From a virus: DNA of 64,000 nucleotides. Each line of letters opens with the position of its first letter. Position 1 is the first letter of the stretch. Position numbers and translations under genes: made by a program. The notes below the pieces were generated by a model. It made no database searches. It had not been told where the DNA came from and saw only the letters and a list, made by a program, of their open reading frames with translations. Location: the IMG/VR virus record IMGVR_UViG_3300021168_000013; one strand, written 5' to 3'. This document shows, piece after piece, positions 10,063 to 19,371 of the stretch.

Positions 10063-10223
10063 ATTTTTATCTTTCTTTAATTTAGTAGTTATTAAAAAAG
10101 CCGCTCATACTGCGGATTTCTTACCTATACATATAACTCAAATAATAAAAAAAATCGAAAATAAACAATATATTAACTTTTTTATATCTCTATATAGTGT
10201 ATAATATGATATCTATTGAAATT

Positions 10224-11603
10224 ATGAATGACAAAATTATTGACTCCTTGAAAAAATACGGTAATGAATTCCAAGTAAAATGTATCTCCGGCCTCCTAAG
10301 TGATAAATCCTTTATAGAAAGATTGAGTGATATTCTCGATCCCGAAGCTTTTGAAAGTGACGCCCATAAATGGATTGTTAAGAATATATTAACTTACTTT
10401 ATGGAATTTAAACAGATTCCGACACTTACCGCATTTAAAGTTGGATTTGAATCTATTGAAAATCCATTATTAAAAGAAGCAGTTAAAGGACAACTATTCT
10501 TGGTATATCAAAAACTTTCGGAAACTGATTTGGCGTTTGTTAAAGAACAATTTCTTGAATTTTGTAAGAACCAAAAAATTAAGGCGGCATTAATTGAAGG
10601 TGTGGAATTAATGAAATTAGGACAATACGATAAAATCAAAAAGTCTTTTGATGACGCCCTCAAAGCTGGTATGGAAAGAAATGTTGGTCATGATTACTTA
10701 AATGAAATTGACGCACGTATGAGTGTCATGGCTAGAAGCAGTGTTAAAACCAATTGGCTTGAAATTGATACTTTGTTGGACGGTGGATTAGCCAAAGGAG
10801 AATTAGGTATTATTGTTGCTCCAGCGGGGATTGGTAAGAGTTGGCTGTTAGCAAAAATTGGAGCAGAAGGTATGAGACAAGGATTGAACGTGTTACACGT
10901 CACTCTTGAGTTGAATGAAAACTATGTGGGTTTGCGTTATGATAGTTGTTTTACTGGAATAGATTTCCAAAAGATCAGAAATAACGTTGACTTGGTTAAG
11001 AACAAAATTGCCACTATTACTGGTAAACTATTCATTAAATATTTTCCAATCAAAACTGTATCCGCTAATAGTCTCAAATTACATGCCGAGAGATTACAGT
11101 TGCTTGGAACCAAAATTGATTTGATGATTGTGGATTATGCCGATATCTTGCGTCCAGCAGCTTCTGATAAGAATAGCAATAGTTATAGTGAAGCTGGCGG
11201 TATATATGAGGAATTGAGAGCAGTTGCTGGAGAACTACAAATTCCTATATGGAGTGCATCTCAAGCTAACAGAAGTGCGGCAGAGGAAGATATTGTTATG
11301 GCACATCATGCCGCTGATAGTTATAGAAAAATCATGACAGCGGACTTCGTTATGAGTTTGTCAAGAAAAACCGCAGACAAAGTAGCAAATACCGCACGAG
11401 TTCATGTAATCAAGAACAGATTTGGTGCAGATGGTATTACATTCCCTTGTAGAATGAATGCAAGTTGTGGTGATATTCAAATATTCAGTGAAGCTTCTAG
11501 AGAAGGAGCGGCTGTTTTAAATGAAATGAGTCAGGAAGAAAATATAGTCAAAAAAATGATGTTCAATAAGTATAAAGATTTGATGGAACCGACAGACGAA
11601 TGA
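10224..11603 (+). CDS. dnaB: Replicative DnaB/gp41-like helicase
   Basis: Walker A APAGIGKS, LELNE, IVDYADIL, SASQANR, KNRFG. Confidence 0.92.
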   Translation: MNDKIIDSLKKYGNEFQVKCISGLLSDKSFIERLSDILDPEAFESDAHKWIVKNILTYFMEFKQIPTLTAFKVGFESIENPLLKEAVKGQLFLVYQKLSETDLAFVKEQFLEFCKNQKIKAALIEGVELMKLGQYDKIKKSFDDALKAGMERNVGHDYLNEIDARMSVMARSSVKTNWLEIDTLLDGGLAKGELGIIVAPAGIGKSWLLAKIGAEGMRQGLNVLHVTLELNENYVGLRYDSCFTGIDFQKIRNNVDLVKNKIATITGKLFIKYFPIKTVSANSLKLHAERLQLLGTKIDLMIVDYADILRPAASDKNSNSYSEAGGIYEELRAVAGELQIPIWSASQANRSAAEEDIVMAHHAADSYRKIMTADFVMSLSRKTADKVANTARVHVIKNRFGADGITFPCRMNASCGDIQIFSEASREGAAVLNEMSQEENIVKKMMFNKYKDLMEPTDE

Positions 11604-11719
11604 TGTATAGTTTTAAAAATTCAAAAGTGATAATTTTTTTAAAAAAAGTTTCACACATTTGGTATTTTTGACATAACTAAAATATAGTTATTTCTTGCCT
11701 ACATTGGAGAAGAAAAAAT

Positions 11720-14635
11720 ATGATTATAACAGATAAATTTGCAAACAAATATAAAAATAAACAGCCTAATTGGGGATTTAATGGACTAGGATATATAGTA
11801 TACAAAAGAACTTATTCAAGATTGAAAGAAAACGGGGAAACCGAGGAATGGTATGAAACGGTACAAAGATGTATAAATGGAGCACAAGATATTGGTGCGG
11901 ATTATACACAAGAGGAAGCGGAAAAATTATATGATTTAATCTTCAATTTTAAATGTAATTTTGCTGGAAGAATGTTATGGCAACTTGGTACACCTACCGT
12001 TAAACGTTGGGGGGCCAATAGTTTACTTAACTGTCTACGAGGAACAACAAGAGTACTAACCAGACAAGGATGGAAAGAAATTCATACATTGGTTGATAAA
12101 ACAGTTGAAATTGTTACTAAAAATGGAAAATGGGTAAATGCTCCATTTAAATCTTATGGAAAACAAAATTTAATGAAAGTTGTTTTCGAAGATCGGTATG
12201 GTAATATTGAGGAAGTATACGCCACTAAAAATCACAGATGGTTTTATTTGGATAAGAATCATAATTCTATAGAAACCACAACAGAAGAATTGCAGACGGG
12301 AGTTAAAATACCAGTAATACGAGGAAAAAATTCATCAAAAGGATTAAGCCCACAAGGAATCCAACATGGTTTGGTTTTTGGTGATGGATCATGTAACGGA
12401 TATGAATCCTTCGTTGATTTGATAGATAATACTTATGATGAATGTGCTAATTATTTTAATTTGAATAGGATAAGTTGGACAAATCCCGATAATAGCAGAC
12501 ATGTTAGATATGGTGGAATGCCAAATTACTATAAATCCCTTCCGAATATCAATGAAAATAAACAATATTTGTCTGGATTCTTGGCGGGATGGATAGCCGC
12601 TGATGGAAGTGTGAACAAAAGTAATGGTAGGATTAGATTATTTAATCGTGATAAAGAAGTTTTAATGTTTGCTAAAGATGTTGCTGCTGTGTTGGGATAT
12701 AGAACATCGGAGCCATATTTAGAAAGGGATCATAATCCGTTTGATTTGGATGATGAATCTTGTGAATTATGGTCGATAACTTTTTATACATCCGATAACC
12801 CACATCATTTGATTATAAGAAAAGATCATCTATCTAAATTAAATGATTTTGATAGGGATTATAATAATTGGACAAAGGTTATAAAGGTTGAAACTACGGA
12901 TTTAAATGAAGAAGTTTTCTGTGCCGAAGTTCCCGAAACACATTCTTTTGTTATTCAAGGTAATATTTTAACAGGAAACTGTTGGGCAGTCGCTATGAGA
13001 GAACCAAAAGCCTTTTTATTCTTATTTGAGAATTTAATGCTTGGTGGTGGAGTGGGATATAGCATTCGTCGTGAAGATGTTCATGAATTACCAAAGATTA
13101 AAGTGGATGTAACAGTATCACATCAATATACAAAGGATGCCGATTTGATAGTTCCTGATAGTAGAGAAGGATGGGTTAAATTACTGGAAAATGTTTTAAA
13201 TGCGTATTATGTAACTGGCAAATCATTCTCTTATTCAACCATATTGATAAGAGGAGCAGGAGAGCCAATTCACGGTTTTGGTGGTAAGGCAAGTGGTCCA
13301 GCAATCTTGGTAGAGGGTATATCAAAAATTGGTTCTATCTTTAAATCCAGAGAGGGAAAGAAACTACGTAGTATTGATGTGCTTGATATCTGTAACATTA
13401 TTGGAAGTGTAGTCGTTGCTGGTAATGTCAGAAGAAGTGCTGAAATTGCATTAGGTGATCCCGATGATATTCTTTATCTCAGAGCAAAAAATTGGAGCAG
13501 TGGCAATGTTCCAAATTGGAGAGGTATGAGTAACAATACTATATATGCCGATGATTTTGATCATATTATGAATGAAATCTGGGAAAATGGATACATATTG
13601 GATAAAGAAACAGGAATGGCCAAAGGTGAACCTTATGGATTTTTCAATCTTCCATTATCTCAAAAGTTTGGTAGAATTAAAGATGGCCCAATTAAAGATA
13701 ATAAGATGTACCCAACAAATGTTGATAATTGTGAAATGACAAATCCCTGTGCCGAGATTAGTCTAAGCAATTATGAATGTTGTAATCTTTGTGAATTATA
13801 TCTTAATAATATAGAAAACAAGGAAGAATTGATTGACTGTGCCAAATTGTTGTATAAGACACAAAAGGCTATATCCGCACTTCCATTTATTCACGAAGAA
13901 ACCAATAAGATTGTTCATAAGAATATGAGACTTGGTTTAGGTGTCACAGGAATCTGTCAATCACTTGACAAGGTTGATTGGTTGGATGATTGTTATGTTG
14001 CATTGAGAAAACTTGACAAACAATGGAGTAAGGAAAAAGGTCATCCTGAGAGTATCAAGCTTACCACAATTAAACCTAGTGGAACATTGAGTCTATTAGG
14101 TGGAGCAACACCCGGTGTGCATCCAGCTTATAGTCAGTATTATTTTCGAACGGTTCGCATGGCAAGCAGTGATAAATTAGTACAGATTTGTAAGGATTTG
14201 GGATACCATACTGAATATTTATTGAATTTTGATGGTAGTGAGGATAGAGGCACCGTTGTAGTATATTTTCCATGCGAAACTCCATCTAATGCAATCTTGG
14301 CAAAGGATATGGATGTTATCAAACAATTGGATATGGTAAAGAAGTTACAGAACATATGGAGTGATAATGCCGTAAGTGTTACAGCATATTACAAGGAAGC
14401 CGAACTTCCTGCGTTAAAAAACTGGTTATCAGATAATTATAAGAACCATGTAAAGAGTGTAAGTTTTCTTTTGCATAAAAAACATGGATTTAAACAGGCT
14501 CCTTATCAAGAAATCGATAAAGAAACATATGATAAAGCCAAAAGTCTAGTAAAATCACTTAATAACATAAAAATTGGTGGAGGAGAAATTATTCAAGGGT
14601 TAGAATGTGAAGGTGGAGCCTGTCCTATTCGATAA
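11720..14635 (+). CDS. nrdJ: Class II (adenosylcobalamin) ribonucleotide reductase containing an intein
   Basis: YKRTYSR, LLN|CWAV, GNVRRSA, TNPCAEI, CCNLCE, TIKPSGT, C-terminal CEGGACPIR redox pair. Confidence 0.95.
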   Translation: MIITDKFANKYKNKQPNWGFNGLGYIVYKRTYSRLKENGETEEWYETVQRCINGAQDIGADYTQEEAEKLYDLIFNFKCNFAGRMLWQLGTPTVKRWGANSLLNCLRGTTRVLTRQGWKEIHTLVDKTVEIVTKNGKWVNAPFKSYGKQNLMKVVFEDRYGNIEEVYATKNHRWFYLDKNHNSIETTTEELQTGVKIPVIRGKNSSKGLSPQGIQHGLVFGDGSCNGYESFVDLIDNTYDECANYFNLNRISWTNPDNSRHVRYGGMPNYYKSLPNINENKQYLSGFLAGWIAADGSVNKSNGRIRLFNRDKEVLMFAKDVAAVLGYRTSEPYLERDHNPFDLDDESCELWSITFYTSDNPHHLIIRKDHLSKLNDFDRDYNNWTKVIKVETTDLNEEVFCAEVPETHSFVIQGNILTGNCWAVAMREPKAFLFLFENLMLGGGVGYSIRREDVHELPKIKVDVTVSHQYTKDADLIVPDSREGWVKLLENVLNAYYVTGKSFSYSTILIRGAGEPIHGFGGKASGPAILVEGISKIGSIFKSREGKKLRSIDVLDICNIIGSVVVAGNVRRSAEIALGDPDDILYLRAKNWSSGNVPNWRGMSNNTIYADDFDHIMNEIWENGYILDKETGMAKGEPYGFFNLPLSQKFGRIKDGPIKDNKMYPTNVDNCEMTNPCAEISLSNYECCNLCELYLNNIENKEELIDCAKLLYKTQKAISALPFIHEETNKIVHKNMRLGLGVTGICQSLDKVDWLDDCYVALRKLDKQWSKEKGHPESIKLTTIKPSGTLSLLGGATPGVHPAYSQYYFRTVRMASSDKLVQICKDLGYHTEYLLNFDGSEDRGTVVVYFPCETPSNAILAKDMDVIKQLDMVKKLQNIWSDNAVSVTAYYKEAELPALKNWLSDNYKNHVKSVSFLLHKKHGFKQAPYQEIDKETYDKAKSLVKSLNNIKIGGGEIIQGLECEGGACPIR
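12032..12979 (+). mobile_element. Intein with LAGLIDADG homing endonuclease (316 aa)
   Basis: Starts CLRGTTRV, block B ATKNHRW, LAGLIDADG motifs GLVFGDGS and GWIAADGS, ends HSFVIQGNILTGN followed by Cys+1. Confidence 0.93.
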
Positions 14636-14680
14636 AATTAACAAAACATAGTTATTATGTATGTTTCGATTAATTTAATA

Positions 14681-14688
14681 ATATTTAT
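14681..14688 (+). promoter_or_regulatory. ATATTTAT putative late-promoter motif
   Basis: 12 nt before ATG 14701; variant ATAGTTAT at 14648-14655. Confidence 0.45.
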
Positions 14689-14700
14689 TGTTACATTTGT

Positions 14701-15327
14701 ATGAATATTACCCCTGATGTATTGCAACATACTCAGCAAGTTACGGAATATATTGCCGCCATAGTCACAGCAGCAGTCACCATTCTTGCTTTTTTAGTGA
14801 AGTATGGACCCAAAATCATCAACCCAATAATTGCGCACATTAAAGAGCGAATTAAAATGGTTGAGACGTTAAAGATTATCCATGCCGAATTAACTCCTAA
14901 TCACGGCACATCCTTAAAAGACAAAATCACCAATATGCAGAGGGAATTGGTGGTTAACACAGAACTAACTCAAGAAAACACTGACATGTTAAAAGTTTTG
15001 AGCGCGAGGCAACAATGGATACTTGACATGCAAAAGGCTCCTATATTTGAGTCAGACTCCGAAGGATATTGTACATGGGTTAATGATGCATATGCTGAAT
15101 TGGTAGGTAGGGATAAAGATGATATATTGGGTAATGGATGGAAGAACTTAATACATGAGGATGATAGATATAGGGTAATAGCTGAGTGGGATAGGGCTGT
15201 AACAGAAGAAAGAAGTAGTCAATCCACATATAGAATCATGTCTAAAAACGGAAGAGTTCATGAAGTTGAATGTTATGCTACTAAACATAAAAATAACGGA
15301 TATTCAGGTAGGCTTAAACTAAAATAA
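14701..15327 (+). CDS. Membrane-anchored stand-alone PAS-domain protein
   Basis: TM helix YIAAIVTAAVTILAFLV; ELTPNHGTSLKDKI coiled coil; PAS core IFESDSEG...WVNDAY..LVG....LGNGW..LIHEDD...YR...NG. Confidence 0.85.
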   Translation: MNITPDVLQHTQQVTEYIAAIVTAAVTILAFLVKYGPKIINPIIAHIKERIKMVETLKIIHAELTPNHGTSLKDKITNMQRELVVNTELTQENTDMLKVLSARQQWILDMQKAPIFESDSEGYCTWVNDAYAELVGRDKDDILGNGWKNLIHEDDRYRVIAEWDRAVTEERSSQSTYRIMSKNGRVHEVECYATKHKNNGYSGRLKLK

Positions 15328-15351
15328 TGTGTATATTTCATTATTTTCATG

Positions 15352-15359
15352 ATATTTAT
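15352..15359 (+). promoter_or_regulatory. ATATTTAT putative late-promoter motif, 5 nt before ATG
   Basis: ATATTTAT-ATTAT-ATG (15365). Confidence 0.55.
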
Positions 15360-15364
15360 ATTAT

Positions 15365-16069
15365 ATGAACAAGGCACAGTTACAGGGATTAATTAAAGAA
15401 GTAATGGAAGATATGTCAAAACAAGCTTTAAAAGCCAAACTTAAAAAGCTTGTTGTTGAGTCTATGGAAGAGATCAAGTATGAAAAGGAAGATACTGTTG
15501 TCGAAGACATGGAAGCCATCGAAAAAATTGCCAAAGAATATAATAAAGATGCAACTGTTAAATTAGGTGATGACAAAAATTATTGGATTAACGAAACTGT
15601 ACCGCATAAATTTCACATCAGACCACAAAGCGAAGGCGTGTATGACGTACAATATTTTAAAGATGACACGGACAGAACCAAAAAATTGAATTTAAAATTT
15701 GAAGAATTAAAGAAATTTATCAAAGACACATTATCAAACAAAGACCTCAATTACGTCAAAACCGCATATAACAAAACCGCAGGAAACAGTGAAGATCAAA
15801 TTGAAAAAGGCGAAATCCCAACACATCACAAATTCGTAAAGAAAGAAGTTAAAGACACAAAGAACGATAATAAAGATTATACTGAACCAATGGTTAAAAA
15901 CGAAAAAGACTTACAAGATAAACCAATGTATGCCGTTGAAAAATTTGAAAAACAATCCGATCATTCAATCAAAGGCACAAAACCAGATTACACATATCCA
16001 AAACAAAAAGACAAAAAACTCTTAATCAAATTAAAAGCGTACAGAAACAAAACAAGAAAAAAAGACTAA
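15365..16069 (+). CDS. Lys/Glu-rich hypothetical protein (probable head-associated)
   Basis: 234-aa ORF; N-terminal LKxLI.E-type repeats; many C-ending codons; followed by a terminator. Confidence 0.65.
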   Translation: MNKAQLQGLIKEVMEDMSKQALKAKLKKLVVESMEEIKYEKEDTVVEDMEAIEKIAKEYNKDATVKLGDDKNYWINETVPHKFHIRPQSEGVYDVQYFKDDTDRTKKLNLKFEELKKFIKDTLSNKDLNYVKTAYNKTAGNSEDQIEKGEIPTHHKFVKKEVKDTKNDNKDYTEPMVKNEKDLQDKPMYAVEKFEKQSDHSIKGTKPDYTYPKQKDKKLLIKLKAYRNKTRKKD

Positions 16070-16085
16070 TATACCCTTTAACCCG

Positions 16086-16117
16086 AAGGCTGAATGTAAA
16101 AAATTCAGCCTTTTTTT
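16086..16117 (+). terminator. Intrinsic terminator
   Basis: AAGGCTGAAT-GTAAAAA-ATTCAGCCTT followed by a T tract. Confidence 0.85.
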
Positions 16118-16126
16118 ATTTTATGC

Positions 16127-16155
16127 TTGACTTTGTATATATTATAATATAGAAT
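16127..16155 (+). promoter_or_regulatory. sigma70-type promoter, leaderless configuration
   Basis: TTGACT-17-TAGAAT, 6 nt before ATG 16162. Confidence 0.75.
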
Positions 16156-16161
16156 ATTAGT

Positions 16162-16470
16162 ATGACGTTACAGCAGAAAAATACTGTCCCAAATATAGAC
16201 ATCCAAACCCAATTGGATAATTGCGTAAAACTGAAGCCAGATGACTTGGTTATCAGTGATATTAAGTGGAAATACTTGGTTCGCAGTGTTTTACGAGGAA
16301 AGAATGTTTTATTGACTGGCCCTACTGGATGTGCTAAAACGTTGGCAGCAGTTTCTTCCAGAGAAGCACTATATTCTGAGTATACCGAAGAAATGGATGA
16401 TACCCAATTATCTTTGTTAAAATTGGATAATAATATAAAAATTATAAAAATGGAAAAAATTGAGGGTTGA
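16162..16470 (+). CDS. MoxR-like AAA+ ATPase, N-terminal fragment (Walker A)
   Basis: KWKYLVRSVLRGKNVLLTGPTGCAKT, then a non-AAA tail of about 33 aa and TGA. Confidence 0.8.
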   Translation: MTLQQKNTVPNIDIQTQLDNCVKLKPDDLVISDIKWKYLVRSVLRGKNVLLTGPTGCAKTLAAVSSREALYSEYTEEMDDTQLSLLKLDNNIKIIKMEKIEG

Positions 16471-16528
16471 GAATAAATTATAAAAAAGCACTAAGTGGAA
16501 ATTATAATTTTATAAAAATAATAAATAA

Positions 16529-17284
16529 ATGAAACATAAAATAACATATAGAAAATATAGACCATTATTTATATTTAATTGTGGTAGTTCACAAGATGCG
16601 CGATCAACATTAATCGGAAATACATCTTTCAAAAAAGATGAAGGAACCGTATATAATCCGTCTGAATTTGTCAAAGCTATACAAACTGAAAATGCCATAA
16701 TTGTATTGGATGAATTGAGTAGAGGAAATCATGATTTTTTTAATATTATTATGTCAGTATTGGACCCAATTCAGCGTTATTTGAGACTTGATGAACGTGA
16801 TAATAGTGTATTGGTCAAAGTGGCAAATAATGTCACTTTTATGGCTACAGCTAATATTGGTAATGGATATACGGCAACCAGAGTCATGGATAAAGCATTG
16901 CTTGACAGATTCTCGGTTAAAATAGAAATGTCACCTTTGGATCAAGAAGAAGAATATGAGTTAATGATCCGAAAGTTTAAGATTACAGATGATGACATCA
17001 AGTTTACATTGAAAAGTATAGTGGCGATTGCTGCTCACACAAGACAACAGATTAAGATAGAAGATGGTAAATTAACCAATTTCTTATCAACGCGTAGTGT
17101 GGTTGAAATGACTGAATTATTATTGGATAAGTTCACACTCGAAGAAATAGCCGAAAATGCCATTTATCCAAATTTTCCCACAGAAGGTGGTGCCGATAGT
17201 GAACGAGTTTATATAAAACAACTTGTTCAAAAATATGTGTCCGTTGAACCAGACCCCGAAGATGCTAATATTGCTCCATTTTAA
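16529..17284 (+). CDS. MoxR-like AAA+ ATPase, C-terminal fragment (Walker B, sensor, Arg finger)
   Basis: RPLFIFNCGSSQDARSTLIG, IIVLDELSR, ATANIG, DKALLDRF, STRSVVE; different frame from the N-fragment. Confidence 0.85.
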   Translation: MKHKITYRKYRPLFIFNCGSSQDARSTLIGNTSFKKDEGTVYNPSEFVKAIQTENAIIVLDELSRGNHDFFNIIMSVLDPIQRYLRLDERDNSVLVKVANNVTFMATANIGNGYTATRVMDKALLDRFSVKIEMSPLDQEEEYELMIRKFKITDDDIKFTLKSIVAIAAHTRQQIKIEDGKLTNFLSTRSVVEMTELLLDKFTLEEIAENAIYPNFPTEGGADSERVYIKQLVQKYVSVEPDPEDANIAPF

Positions 17285-17286
17285 AT

Positions 17287-19320
17287 ATGAGTAATGTCTC
17301 ACATAGTGATTATTGGTCAAATGACATTGAGGAATTCAATACTAGGTTGACCGATAATAATCCACTATTGGATTTTAATATGATTCGATTAGCCAGTGCT
17401 AGACGAGCAATATCTAATTTTGTGAGGATTTTGACAAACAAAAGCATTCCAGTAACCTTTAATGGTAAGGAAAGTTTTACGGATGGTGAAAATGTAGTAT
17501 TGGGTGCCAGTATCATAGGCAAGGAAGATTTTGACTCGGCAGTGGGATTGGCATTACATGAAGGCAGTCATATATTATTAACTGATTTTTCATTAGTTAG
17601 AACAATTTGGATGAAAGTTCCACGAGAAATATATGATATAACCGATGCAAAAAACATCAGTAAAGATGTCGTTGGAACTACAGTTAAATATATATGGAAT
17701 ATCATAGAAGATCGTTTCATAGACAATTACATTTATAGGAACGCACCCGGCTATCGGGGATATTATATTGCATTGTATAAAAAATACTTTCATAGTGATT
17801 CCGTGAATGAAATGTTGCGGTCAAAAATGTATAGGGAACCAAGTATTGAGGCATACAAACGTCGTATTTGTAATTTAATGAATATCAATACTGATTTGAA
17901 AGCATTGCCTGAATTACAATTAATATCACAAATGATAGATATTAAGAATATTAACAGACTGGCTAATCCTATTGATCGAATTAATTTGGCATATGAAGTA
18001 AGTCTAGTAATATTTCGTAACGTGTGTGCTGATCCAATTGATCAGTCTGCACCAGACCCTACCGCAGTTCCGCTGCCCGTCTCTGGTTCTGCCAAAGATG
18101 ATCCCGCAACTGTTATAGGGGGTACAGAAACATCAGCCATTAGTTCTCCACCAGAAAAACAAAACGATATAGAATTTGATTTAGGAAATACCACCGATAT
18201 GTCTAAATCAAAATTAACCAAGATTAAGAATGCCTTGGATAAACAAGATGATTTCTTGAATGGAACCACAAAAAAGAAAAAGATATCACCATATCAAAAA
18301 ACGATGTTGGACGCGATTGATAAGAGTGGAATGACAATTGAAAGAGTTGGTAAAGAGGCAATCGAAGGACAAGCTATATCAGGAATTGATTGTGTTGTGG
18401 TCAGGAATTTAACAAAAGAACTGCTTTTATCGGATGGATTCCCATTAAAATCCAATAGTTACAGTAACAAGCCTTCTGATGAAATGGAAGCAGCTATTAA
18501 AACTGGTATCATAATGGGAAATTTGTTAGGTAAGAAACTTTTGTTGCGAAATGAAAACAATGTAGCCAAGTACATGAGAAGAAGTGAAGGAAACATTGAT
18601 TCTCGTATTATCGCTGAACTTGGATTTAACAACGACAGAATATTTTATACAAATCAAACGGAGAAGTATAATGATGCGTATATACACATTTGTATAGATG
18701 CCAGTGCAAGTATGGGTGGAATGAAATGGTATAAAACTATGTCTACCGTGGTAGCCATATGTAAAGCATGTAGTATGATTGAGAATATCAGGGTGGAAGT
18801 AAGTTTTAGGACTACTATATCAACAAAACGTTGTACCCAAAACCCATATATTATATTTGCATACGATAGTGCCAAGGATAAATTCTCAAAAATCTCCAAT
18901 CTATTTAAATATATTGAACCAAATGGATTCACTCCCGAAGGATTATTGTTCGAAATAGTCACCAAGATATGTCAAGAGAAGTTGACTGATCAGAATTGTT
19001 ATTTTTTGAATTTTAGTGATGGGGAACCATGTCTTCCATATGAAGCTGAAGATGGCAAAATATGTCACTATACTGGTGAGAAGGCAACCCTTCATACTCG
19101 AAAACAGGTAAACAGTATTAAAGACAAAGGATATAGAGTATTAAGTTATTTTATACAATCAAATGGAACCAGACATGATAGGCAAGTGTCATTAGAGAAC
19201 AGACTGGCCTATAAAAACTTTAAGACTATGTATGGTAAAGACGCTTCATTTATTGACGTTAAGAACGTAAATGCCGTGGCCAATACCATTAATGAATTGT
19301 TTCTAAAAAAAGTTGAATAA
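17287..19320 (+). CDS. VWA/MIDAS protein with N-terminal HExxH peptidase-like domain (MoxR partner, CobT-like)
   Basis: GLALHEGSH, NIIEDRFID, MIDAS DASASM, TPEG, SDGEP. Confidence 0.8.
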   Translation: MSNVSHSDYWSNDIEEFNTRLTDNNPLLDFNMIRLASARRAISNFVRILTNKSIPVTFNGKESFTDGENVVLGASIIGKEDFDSAVGLALHEGSHILLTDFSLVRTIWMKVPREIYDITDAKNISKDVVGTTVKYIWNIIEDRFIDNYIYRNAPGYRGYYIALYKKYFHSDSVNEMLRSKMYREPSIEAYKRRICNLMNINTDLKALPELQLISQMIDIKNINRLANPIDRINLAYEVSLVIFRNVCADPIDQSAPDPTAVPLPVSGSAKDDPATVIGGTETSAISSPPEKQNDIEFDLGNTTDMSKSKLTKIKNALDKQDDFLNGTTKKKKISPYQKTMLDAIDKSGMTIERVGKEAIEGQAISGIDCVVVRNLTKELLLSDGFPLKSNSYSNKPSDEMEAAIKTGIIMGNLLGKKLLLRNENNVAKYMRRSEGNIDSRIIAELGFNNDRIFYTNQTEKYNDAYIHICIDASASMGGMKWYKTMSTVVAICKACSMIENIRVEVSFRTTISTKRCTQNPYIIFAYDSAKDKFSKISNLFKYIEPNGFTPEGLLFEIVTKICQEKLTDQNCYFLNFSDGEPCLPYEAEDGKICHYTGEKATLHTRKQVNSIKDKGYRVLSYFIQSNGTRHDRQVSLENRLAYKNFKTMYGKDASFIDVKNVNAVANTINELFLKKVE

Positions 19321-19325
19321 TTTAA

Positions 19326-19354
19326 TTGACTTTATATCAAATATGAGATATAAT
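19326..19354 (+). promoter_or_regulatory. sigma70-type promoter
   Basis: TTGACT-17-TATAAT; AAGGA SD-like sequence before ATG 19372. Confidence 0.85.
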
Positions 19355-19371
19355 AATACAAAGGATCAAAT

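Noticed and set aside
11668-11700. sigma70 promoter for nrdJ from TTGACA at 11668
   Set aside because: No acceptable -10 at 16-18 nt spacing; only the ATAGTTAT variant at 11684 was kept, as a weak late-type motif.
15540-16069. Strong A/C-rich compositional skew suggesting foreign DNA or a hidden RNA
   Set aside because: Explained by a Lys/Asp/Glu/Thr-rich protein with C-ending codons; no boundaries or secondary structure seen.
16441-16560. T4 gene 60-like ribosomal bypass or frameshift joining the MoxR halves
   Set aside because: No matching take-off/landing codon in the downstream frame, and that frame has TAA at 16505 and 16526 directly before a proper ATG.
16375-16560. Split intein at the MoxR break (IKIIKMEK resembles IntC strands)
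   Set aside because: No N-terminal Cys/Ser at the junction, no block B, and no HN/N followed by C/S/T on the second chain.
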